Of a DNA stretch of 35,493 nucleotides, positions 18,642 through 25,830 are shown in pieces. Every line of letters starts with the position of its first letter. Position 1 is the stretch's first letter. The position numbers and the translations under genes are program-made. The notes beneath the pieces were generated by a model. The model had not been told where the DNA came from, did no database searches, and saw nothing but the letters and a program-made list of their open reading frames with translations. Source of the stretch: an uncultured Spirochaetales bacterium (lineage in GTDB: Bacteria > Spirochaetota > Spirochaetia > CAKZLE01); NCBI GenBank assembly GCA_964564075.1, contig CAZLZY010000001.1:1-35493 (forward strand), written 5' to 3'.

Positions 18642-19685
18642 CTAGTAAGCCTTGAACTGTTCAACGAACCGTAGATCCCCGCTATGTAGATGGCGGATAT
18701 CATCTATGTGATAGCGCATCATAACAAGCCGGTCCAAACCCAGGCCGAAGGCAAAACCATTCCACTGTTCAGGGTCGATCCCCCCGGAACGTAGAACATT
18801 TGGATGAACCATACCGCAGGGTAGAAGCTCAACCCAGCCGGACTGCTTACAAACCTTGCAGCCCTTACCTCCGCAGATCAAACATTCAATATCCAGCTCA
18901 AAACCGGGCTCCACGAAGGGGAAGAATCCCGGCCGCAGACGCACTTTCACATCCCGTCTGAATATTTCTGAAAGGAGAGTCTTCATGAAGTAGATAAGGT
19001 TGGCAACGGAAATATCCTTGCCCACCATCATTCCCTCTAGCTGATGGAAAGCCATCTCATGGCTCGCATCGGTGGATTCGCAACGGAAGACCTTTCCCGG
19101 TCCAACAAACTTGAACGGAGGCTCATGTGCTTCCATTCCGCGAACCTGAATACAGGACGTGTGAGTCCTCAAGAGGTGTTCCATATCGGTAAACCAGAAG
19201 GTGTCCTGCATATCCCGCGCCGGATGGGTAGCGGGAATATTCAAAGCCTCGAAGTTGTGAAAATCGTCCTCGATATGGGGGCCATCCAGAATATCAAATC
19301 CCATAGAGGTGAAAATATCTTCAATCTCCCGTTGGATAAGCGTCACCGGATGAAATCCAGAGGACTGCATTCCCTTAACCCTAACATCGTCTGTCAATGT
19401 CACATCCTGCCAGCTTTTCTTGAGTTGGGCATTTATCTCGTCCATCTCGATATTGGCAAGCTGCTTCACCAGAGATTCCTGAATCTCCTGCTTGAACTCG
19501 TTAGCTGCCGCACCGATACTCTTTTTCACATCTGTCGTAGCCTCTCTCATCCCCTTAAGGATCTCGTTCAGCTTTCCCTTCTTCCCCAGATAATCAGCCT
19601 TGAACTTGGCCAAACTGTTCTTATCCTTCAGGTCCTCCACGGACTCTCGAAATTCTTTCTTCAGCTCTTCCAGCTTTTGCAGCAT
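18642..19685 (-). CDS. pheS: Phenylalanine--tRNA ligase alpha subunit
   Basis: 347 aa, colinear with bacterial PheS: HPVT, FEALNIPATHPARDMQDTFW, LLRTHTS, FHQLEGM, RPGFFPFVEPG, GMVHPNVL, FAFGLGLDRL. It has a CxxC-x4-CxxC insertion (CLICGGKGCKVC), as in Firmicute-type PheS. AAGGAG RBS. Confidence 0.93.
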   Translation of the reverse strand: MLQKLEELKKEFRESVEDLKDKNSLAKFKADYLGKKGKLNEILKGMREATTDVKKSIGAAANEFKQEIQESLVKQLANIEMDEINAQLKKSWQDVTLTDDVRVKGMQSSGFHPVTLIQREIEDIFTSMGFDILDGPHIEDDFHNFEALNIPATHPARDMQDTFWFTDMEHLLRTHTSCIQVRGMEAHEPPFKFVGPGKVFRCESTDASHEMAFHQLEGMMVGKDISVANLIYFMKTLLSEIFRRDVKVRLRPGFFPFVEPGFELDIECLICGGKGCKVCKQSGWVELLPCGMVHPNVLRSGGIDPEQWNGFAFGLGLDRLVMMRYHIDDIRHLHSGDLRFVEQFKAY

Positions 19686-19702
19686 GATCTACTCCTTAGC
19701 AT

Positions 19703-19727
19703 AAAAAAAACTCCCCTTCAGGGAGTC
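19703..19727 (-). terminator. Intrinsic terminator in the pheS leader (attenuator terminator)
   Basis: The minus-strand RNA is GACUCCC-UGAAG-GGGAGUU (6 Watson-Crick pairs plus 1 G.U) running into a U8 tract. It ends 17 nt upstream of the pheS AUG. Confidence 0.6.
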
Positions 19728-19758
19728 AATTGTTCATTTTTACAAACACAGGACTCCC

Positions 19759-19821
19759 TTAACAACCTTTCATAAAAAATAAAAAAGAGAACAAGTTAAA
19801 AAAGAAGTATTTCCCTGTCAT
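19759..19821 (-). CDS. Candidate pheST leader peptide, MTGKYFFFNLFSFLFFMKGC (7 Phe in 20 codons)
   Basis: The ATG at 19821 lies 10 nt after a TATAAT box (no SD, so the 5' UTR would be about 3-5 nt). The Phe codons are UUC UUU UUU, UUC, UUU, UUU UUU. The stop UAA (19761-19759) abuts the antiterminator strand AGGGAGUC. Confidence 0.5.
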   Translation of the reverse strand: MTGKYFFFNLFSFLFFMKGC

Positions 19822-19831
19822 AATATCAAAT

Positions 19832-19859
19832 ATTATAGAGAAAAAAGCGAATATGTCAA
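19832..19859 (-). promoter_or_regulatory. Near-consensus sigma70 promoter of the pheST leader
   Basis: Minus strand: TTGACA (19859-19854), 16-nt spacer, TATAAT (19837-19832). Confidence 0.6.
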
Positions 19860-20041
19860 TTCCCGAAAAAGAATAGCTCATCTATTTTTCTTGAGTTCTA
19901 CTCCCTTTTGCACTATGAGTTTTTCATCTACTGTCTCTTATAACATCACTGTGGGGTTTGTATTGGATCTAGTCATGCGAAAAACTGACATAAGGAGACC
20001 TTTATCAAGTATATCTTTCATTCTTTATCTACATGATCGAT

Positions 20042-20049
20042 CCCCCCCC
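20042..20049. repeat. C8 homopolymer in apparently non-coding DNA
   Basis: GATCGATCCCCCCCCGGTG. This is the only long G/C homopolymer I noticed in the window. Confidence 0.8.
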
Positions 20050-20357
20050 GGTGTAGAACGAAGAAGAGAATTACTAGATATAACACCAGTATTCGGCAGT
20101 TACTCACTCTGATGAACGGAGAAGCTAAATGAACACAGTGAATCCACTATATACTTGATAAAACAGACTCTTTCATGGAGTTCTTTGCCTTATCACCGAT
20201 CTCATCGATCCAGAGGAGATTCGGTTGATGTCTATTCACAGCAGCAAAACTGATTTCTACGAAAGTACCCATAATACCATTGATTCTTCATTACTATGTT
20301 TTTACACCAAAATAGGTTATAATCAAAAAAATGATCACCGATTACGAGGAGCAAGTC

Positions 20358-20699
20358 ATGAGTCATGAATTGACAGAGTTTACACTACAGGTGATAACTC
20401 TCATAAAACAGATCCCAAAAGGACGAGTTGCAACCTATGGTCAGATCGCACAGCTCGCAGGATCACCTAAAGGTGCAAGACAGGTCGTTCGTCTACTTCA
20501 CTCCTCCTCTCATACTCGTGATCTCCCTTGGCACCGAGTCATCAACAAACAGGGTCATATCGCTATGGCATCTGGGCAAGGACTCGAAGAACAGGCATCA
20601 CTCCTACAATCTGAAGGGGTCCTCGTCGATACGGAGGGTAATGTCAACCTAGGCGCATATCTCTACGACTTCAGTGGTCCACGTAACTTATTCACATAG
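20358..20699 (+). CDS. atl: Alkyltransferase-like protein (MGMT/Ogt DNA-binding domain, active-site Cys replaced by Trp)
   Basis: About 113 aa counted from MSHELTEF, with GAGGAG 6 nt upstream of the ATG at 20358. It has the MGMT fold motifs IPKGRVATYGQIA and KGARQV. The active-site box reads PWHRV instead of PCHRV, which is the ATL signature. Confidence 0.8.
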   Translation: MSHELTEFTLQVITLIKQIPKGRVATYGQIAQLAGSPKGARQVVRLLHSSSHTRDLPWHRVINKQGHIAMASGQGLEEQASLLQSEGVLVDTEGNVNLGAYLYDFSGPRNLFT

Positions 20700-21043
20700 G
20701 GCATACCAGAGCTTCTTCTCACTAACTACTGGACACCTGCACATCTGTTGCAGTTTGTGGTACGTTCTGCAACACAATATCAATTTATCAAGTATTTACC
20801 TATTTATCCTCCTCTTTGTGTTGCATATCAACAACAAAATGAAGTATAACTTGCCTATAATCAGAGATATACCTCCCTGAGGTGTATCGAGAGAAATCAA
20901 GAGGTTTACAAATTGAATCGCTCGATCTCTTTACATAAGAAACTATCAGATAACGTAGGAATCCCCTGTTTTTTGTGGGATCAACTGCATGCGGCCATAG
21001 CAATAAGTCTAGAGCTCATGCAGCGTACGTATACACCTGTATC

Positions 21044-21082
21044 AAACAGACCCCGGAATAACTCCGGGGTCTGTTTGTTTCT
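21044..21082 (+). terminator. Strong intrinsic terminator-like hairpin 60 nt upstream of purL
   Basis: AAACAGACCCCGG (21044-21056) pairs perfectly with CCGGGGTCTGTTT (21064-21076), giving 13-14 bp around a 5-7 nt loop, followed by GTTTCT. No credible plus-strand CDS lies in the preceding ~340 nt. Confidence 0.55.
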
Positions 21083-21140
21083 ATAGGATTGTGAAGAGGT
21101 CTGACTGATCAATACAGAACTATGACAGAGGGAGTCATGC

Positions 21141-23462
21141 ATGTCACATACACACGTTCTTTCGTATGATCTAAAGCAGCTCGATGATGCACAGATCACA
21201 GCACTGCTGAATGAGCATACCATTGGGCTGACGCTCGAAGAGGCCAAGAAACTGCAGTTCGAGATCCTCCACAGAAGTCCGACACTCGCAGAGCTGATAC
21301 TGTTTGGTATCGAAGGATCTGAACACTGTTCTTATAAGAGCAGCCGTCCCTATCTCGGTCTATTCACTACTGAGGGCAAAGATGTCATCCTCGGAGCTAA
21401 AGAGGACGCCGGCATCGTTCGGATAGCTACCGATGCTTCCGGTAAGGATTATGCGATCATCATGAGCCATGAATCACATAACCATCCAAGTCAGCTCGTC
21501 CCCTATGAAGGAGCTGCGACCGGAGTCGGTGGTAATGTTCGAGATGTCTGCTGCATGGGTGGAAAAGTCATAGCACAGGCAGATGACCTCCGTTTCGGTT
21601 CGATCGATGATCCTAAGAACAAATGGATCTATGAGGGAGTCGTATCCGGGATTGCCGGGTATGGTAACCCCATCGGAGTCCCGAACCTTGCAGGAGGATT
21701 ACAGTTCGATCCGGGTTATGATGATAACTGTCTTGTCACCGTCGTCTCTCTCGGGATACTCGATTCAGATGCCATCGTTCACTCCTATGCACCTGAGGAG
21801 GCCCAAGGGTATGATCTGATCCTTGTAGGGAAACCTACCGATAATAGCGGATTCGGTGGTGCGAGTTTTGCTAGCTTCGAACTCGAAGAGGATCAGCATG
21901 AACAGAACAAGGGAGCGGTTCAGGAACCAAACGCCTTCCTTGGAAGACATATGATCAAATCATCCGGAGAACTCTTTGAGAAACTCAAAGCGATCGATGC
22001 GATCGATCGAGTCGGTTTCAAAGACCTCGGAGCAGGCGGTATTGCCTGTGCTAGTGTAGAACTTGTCGAGACTTCAGGCTATGGGGCTGTAGTAGAGATT
22101 GAGAAGATCCATATCGCAGATGGAGATTATGAACCTCATGTCATCCTCTGTGCTGAGACCCAAGAGAGATACATGTGGGTCTCTCCGAAGGATCTCACCC
22201 CCATGATCCTTGATCATTATAATAACGAGTATGCTCTTCCTGAGATATCGAAGGGAGCTGCAGCACGAGTGATCGGATATGTGACGAAAGAGACTGATTA
22301 TGTCGTTACCTATAAGGGGGAGCGACTCATCGATGCTCCTGCAGGTGAGGTGACTAAAGGTTTTCTCTACCATAGAGAGGTCGGAGAACTAAAAGAGCCA
22401 CCGAAAGAGCCGGTGATCGCCGAACCTAAAGATTATCAGGAGGTTCTACTCACCCTCCTAGGACATGAGAACATCGCCTCCCGTCGTCCCTTATATGAAC
22501 AGTATGATAAACAGGTACAGGGCATGACAGCAGTTGAAGCAGGAGTTGGTGATTCAGGGATCATGACACCCTTCAATGATGCGACCTACCCCGAAGAACT
22601 TCATAAGATCGCAGTGACTCTCACAACGGATCAGAACCCGAGACAGAATCAGATCGATGCCTATCAAGGAGCAGTGAATGCAGTAGCGGAGGCCTTCTGT
22701 AATACGGTCGCAACAGGTGCAGTACCTGTAGCTCTTTCTGACTGTCTTTGCTATGGCAACCCTGAGAAACCTGAACAGATGAGATTGTTCGTAGAGGGCT
22801 GTAAGGGTGTAGCTGATTCTTCATCAACATTTGGTATACCGGTCATCGCAGGTAACGTATCCCTCTATAATGAATCGGGAAAGGGTTCTATTCCCCCTAG
22901 CCCTATGATAGCCATGATGGGAAAGTTAGAGGATGTAGATAACGCTATCGGTTCTCATATACCGAATGAGGACTATGATCTCTATCTCATCGGTGAGAGG
23001 AAGCACGAGATGGGAGGTAGCGTCTATTACGATCTGAACGGATTCATTGGTAATACGATCCCAAGACCAGATCTGGATGAGCTCCTCTCTATCGGAAGAG
23101 CACTTCATGCATGTGCAGGGAAGCGGTTCATCGCCGCATGCCATGACATCTCTGAAGGTGGCCTTGCTGTTACCTTGAGTGAGATGCTCTTCACCCATGA
23201 GACAGGCGTATCGATCACGAGTCCGGAAGGTTCTCATAGGGTACCCTTCCTCTTCGGGGAGTCCTTCGGCTTCATCATCGCAGTCAAAAAAGAGCATACG
23301 GTAGCCTGCAGTACCCTATTCGAAGAAGAGGGGATTACCCCTGTTCATATCGGAAAGACTACCCCAGAAGTTTCTGAGATCAAGATCGACGAACTCATCA
23401 ACGTACCCGTTGCAGTAGCTAAAGAGCAATGGTCACACGGTCTACGAAGGAGATTATCATGA
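21141..23462 (+). CDS. purL: Phosphoribosylformylglycinamidine synthase subunit PurL (small-PurL type)
   Basis: 773 aa with LGLTLEEAKKL, SEHCSYKSS, HESHNHPS and duplicated AIRS-like domains. AGGGAG RBS. Confidence 0.93.
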   Translation: MSHTHVLSYDLKQLDDAQITALLNEHTIGLTLEEAKKLQFEILHRSPTLAELILFGIEGSEHCSYKSSRPYLGLFTTEGKDVILGAKEDAGIVRIATDASGKDYAIIMSHESHNHPSQLVPYEGAATGVGGNVRDVCCMGGKVIAQADDLRFGSIDDPKNKWIYEGVVSGIAGYGNPIGVPNLAGGLQFDPGYDDNCLVTVVSLGILDSDAIVHSYAPEEAQGYDLILVGKPTDNSGFGGASFASFELEEDQHEQNKGAVQEPNAFLGRHMIKSSGELFEKLKAIDAIDRVGFKDLGAGGIACASVELVETSGYGAVVEIEKIHIADGDYEPHVILCAETQERYMWVSPKDLTPMILDHYNNEYALPEISKGAAARVIGYVTKETDYVVTYKGERLIDAPAGEVTKGFLYHREVGELKEPPKEPVIAEPKDYQEVLLTLLGHENIASRRPLYEQYDKQVQGMTAVEAGVGDSGIMTPFNDATYPEELHKIAVTLTTDQNPRQNQIDAYQGAVNAVAEAFCNTVATGAVPVALSDCLCYGNPEKPEQMRLFVEGCKGVADSSSTFGIPVIAGNVSLYNESGKGSIPPSPMIAMMGKLEDVDNAIGSHIPNEDYDLYLIGERKHEMGGSVYYDLNGFIGNTIPRPDLDELLSIGRALHACAGKRFIAACHDISEGGLAVTLSEMLFTHETGVSITSPEGSHRVPFLFGESFGFIIAVKKEHTVACSTLFEEEGITPVHIGKTTPEVSEIKIDELINVPVAVAKEQWSHGLRRRLS

Positions 23463-24541
23463 GTATCAGTTATAAGTCAGCAGGAGTAGATATCGACGCA
23501 GGGAACGAAGTCGTCGAGAAGATCAAAGGAAGTGCAGCTTCCACCTTCACCCCTGCCGTATTGACAGGCTTGGGAAGTTTCGGATCTTTCTATGACCTGA
23601 AGGATGTAGTCACCGCATATGACCATCCGGTGATGGTCCAGAGTATCGACGGTGTAGGGACCAAGATCATGGTCACATCCATGACTGGTGACTACTCTAC
23701 TATTGGAAGAGATCTCTTGAGTGCCTGCTGTAATGATATCATCGTACATGGGGCCAAACCGGTCACCTTCCTAGATTATATCGCGAATGACAGACTCGAA
23801 CCTGAAGTGGTAGCACAGATGGTTCAGGGGATGGCAGATGGATGTCTCGAAGCTGGAGTAAGTCTCGTAGGTGGAGAGACTGCAGAGATGCCGGGAACCT
23901 ACCGTGAGGGAGAACATGACCTCGTTGGTATCGTCACCGGTTTCGTCGAGAAGGATAAGATCATCAATGGAGAAGAGGTCACACCCGGAGATGTGATCTT
24001 CGGTATCCCCTCAAGCGGATTACATACGAATGGCTACTCTCTTGCAAGGAAGGTCCTATTCGACCATGCGAACCTTACCGTGAATGATAAGATCCCTGCA
24101 CAGTTCGGTGACTCTGGAAGTCTGAACATCGGTCAGATCCTCCTAGAACCACATACCAACTACGTAACAGCTGTGTCTCAGATGCTTGCTTCAGAGCTCG
24201 AGGTGAAGAGCATGTCCCATATAACCGGAGGAGGCCTCATCGAGAATGTACCAAGGACCCTCCCAAAAGCTGTTTCAGCAGTCATCGACCCTAAAAGCTG
24301 GATGATCCCACCGATCTTCTCCTATATGGCAGAACTCGGAGATATCCCAGCAGTAGAGATGTATCATGCATTCAACATGGGGATCGGCTATACCATCGTC
24401 GTCCCAGCAGAACAGAAGGCTCTTGCAGTGAAGGTCATCGAGAAGAGTTTCAACAAGAGGCCGATACTACTCGGAACGATCGAATCTGGAGATGGAACGA
24501 CCGTCATCACCGGAGTCACAGGAGGTGCTTCATGCGAATAG
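23459..24541 (+). CDS. purM: Phosphoribosylformylglycinamidine cyclo-ligase (AIR synthetase)
   Basis: MSISYKSAGVDIDAGN..., DGVGTK, GGETAEMPG, LHTNGYSL, HITGGG. AAGGAG RBS. The ATG overlaps the purL stop (ATGA). Confidence 0.93.
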   Translation: MSISYKSAGVDIDAGNEVVEKIKGSAASTFTPAVLTGLGSFGSFYDLKDVVTAYDHPVMVQSIDGVGTKIMVTSMTGDYSTIGRDLLSACCNDIIVHGAKPVTFLDYIANDRLEPEVVAQMVQGMADGCLEAGVSLVGGETAEMPGTYREGEHDLVGIVTGFVEKDKIINGEEVTPGDVIFGIPSSGLHTNGYSLARKVLFDHANLTVNDKIPAQFGDSGSLNIGQILLEPHTNYVTAVSQMLASELEVKSMSHITGGGLIENVPRTLPKAVSAVIDPKSWMIPPIFSYMAELGDIPAVEMYHAFNMGIGYTIVVPAEQKALAVKVIEKSFNKRPILLGTIESGDGTTVITGVTGGASCE

Positions 24542-25830
24542 GAGTCATTGAGTTCCCCGGCACGAACTGTGAACGGGAGACTGCAGAGGCGATACGCCGA
24601 GCAGGGATGGAACCCGTCCATCACAGGTGGAATATGGACGAAGAGCTCCTTGCAGGTTATGACGGGTTCGTCATCGCAGGAGGCTTCTCCTATGAGGATA
24701 GATCCCGTTCCGGGATCATCGCAGCCCTTGACCCCATCATGGACAGGATCAAGGCAGAGAGTAAGAAAGGGAAACCGGTCCTTGGTATCTGTAATGGAGC
24801 TCAGATCCTCGTCGAGGCAGGACTCGTCCCAGGAGCTAAAGGTCTTGCACAGTCAGTTGCTCTTACGACCAACCGAAGGATGGATGGAGATGAAGTACTT
24901 GGTACCGGCTTCTATAATGCATGGATCAATATAAGACATGACGGATCCCCTACCGATTGTGCCTTCACTCTCGATTGTGAAGAGGGTGAGATGATGATGC
25001 TCCCAGCGGCACATGCTGAAGGACGATTTCTCATTCCAGAGGAACTTCTTTCCTATATGATCGAGCATAAGATGACAGTATTCCGTTATGCAGATGATAA
25101 CGGGGACTATCAGACAGATTTTCCCATCAATCCAAATGGTTCAGTCTATAACATCGCAGGGATCAGTAATCGGGAAGGGACCGTCCTAGCACTCATGCCC
25201 CACCCTGAGAGGACCACCGCCGGTGATAAGATATTCTCCTCCATGAGCCGGTATATCGATACGTTTGGTCCTTTCACTCATGAGAGACCAGAGAGATCGG
25301 TCGATCCTACAGTCCTGCAGGAGACTATAGAGCCTAAGCCCTATACTCCGAAAACTACTAGTGACCAAGTCGTCATCTCCCTTGTCATCACCGATAACGA
25401 AGCCGTATCGGTCGAGAATGCCCTGAGACAGAGAGGTATCGAAGCTTCAGTGAAGAAACATGTTCATTGGGAGGTCTCCTATGAAGAAGGCACCACTGAA
25501 GAAGAACGAGTACAGATCCTCAAGAAGATCGATAGAAGTGGAGAACTCTACAACTCCAATAAGGAGTTCGTACTCGACACTCCAGTGACTGAGACGAGCT
25601 CAGCAGTATCATTCCTGGTTCGAGAGACAGACGACTGTATCGGTGATCATACGACACATGCATTGAAGAGCTGGTTCTCTATTGGGGGTATCAGACAGAT
25701 CACTCATGGAGTGATCTGGACGATCATCCCTGATGATCCTAGCAGAGCAGTACAGACTATAGCTCAGGTAGAGGGGACTCACCTCTTGGCAAACCCCATC
25801 GCACATAGGAGGATGATCTATGAAAGCTGA
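24532..25830 (+). CDS. purQ: PurQ glutaminase fused to two tandem PurS-like domains (PurQ-PurS-PurS)
   Basis: Residues 1-235 are PurQ, with GICNGAQIL (Cys87), HAEGRF and MPHPER. Residues ~279-348 (VVISLVITDNEAVSVENALRQRGIEA...ELYNSNKEFVL) and ~357-432 (VSFLVRETDDCIGDHTTHALKS...LLANPIAHRRMIY) each follow the ~80-aa PurS pattern; compare B. subtilis PurS ...KLLANTVIEDYRYEV. AGGAGG RBS. Confidence 0.85.
   Translation: MRIGVIEFPGTNCERETAEAIRRAGMEPVHHRWNMDEELLAGYDGFVIAGGFSYEDRSRSGIIAALDPIMDRIKAESKKGKPVLGICNGAQILVEAGLVPGAKGLAQSVALTTNRRMDGDEVLGTGFYNAWINIRHDGSPTDCAFTLDCEEGEMMMLPAAHAEGRFLIPEELLSYMIEHKMTVFRYADDNGDYQTDFPINPNGSVYNIAGISNREGTVLALMPHPERTTAGDKIFSSMSRYIDTFGPFTHERPERSVDPTVLQETIEPKPYTPKTTSDQVVISLVITDNEAVSVENALRQRGIEASVKKHVHWEVSYEEGTTEEERVQILKKIDRSGELYNSNKEFVLDTPVTETSSAVSFLVRETDDCIGDHTTHALKSWFSIGGIRQITHGVIWTIIPDDPSRAVQTIAQVEGTHLLANPIAHRRMIYES

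Noticed and set aside
19044-19775. 243-aa plus-strand ORF antisense to pheS; likewise the 157-aa ORF at 18127-18600 and others antisense to pheT.
   Set aside because: They lie entirely inside genes whose products align end-to-end with PheS and PheT. They have no SD or recognisable domain, and their composition is low-complexity (Ser/Pro/Leu-rich). They are shadow ORFs, as expected in a locally higher-GC segment.
19686-19900. T-box riboswitch upstream of pheS (the usual control for Firmicute-type pheST).
   Set aside because: The leader is only about 140 nt. I find no T-box core (AAnnnGGGUGGnACCGCG-like), no specifier-loop architecture and no AG bulge / GNUGGNA elements. The leader-peptide model explains the hairpins better.
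20856-21043. Purine (guanine/adenine), ZTP/pfl, PRPP-ykkC or THF riboswitch in the purL leader.
   Set aside because: UAUAAUC occurs at 20856, but the following sequence lacks the GGAUAUGG / UUUCUACC / CCGUAAAU / GACUA elements. There is no CCGCCUGGGC-type ZTP pseudoknot strand and no GGUCCGAGAG ykkC core. The region is reported only as an unclassified leader.
24548-24934. 128-aa ORF overlapping purQ in another frame. Many 60-125-aa ORFs also lie nested in or antisense to purL, purF, purH, fusA, malQ and the KamA-like gene.
   Set aside because: They are fully contained in strongly supported genes and have no independent translation signals or domain motifs.
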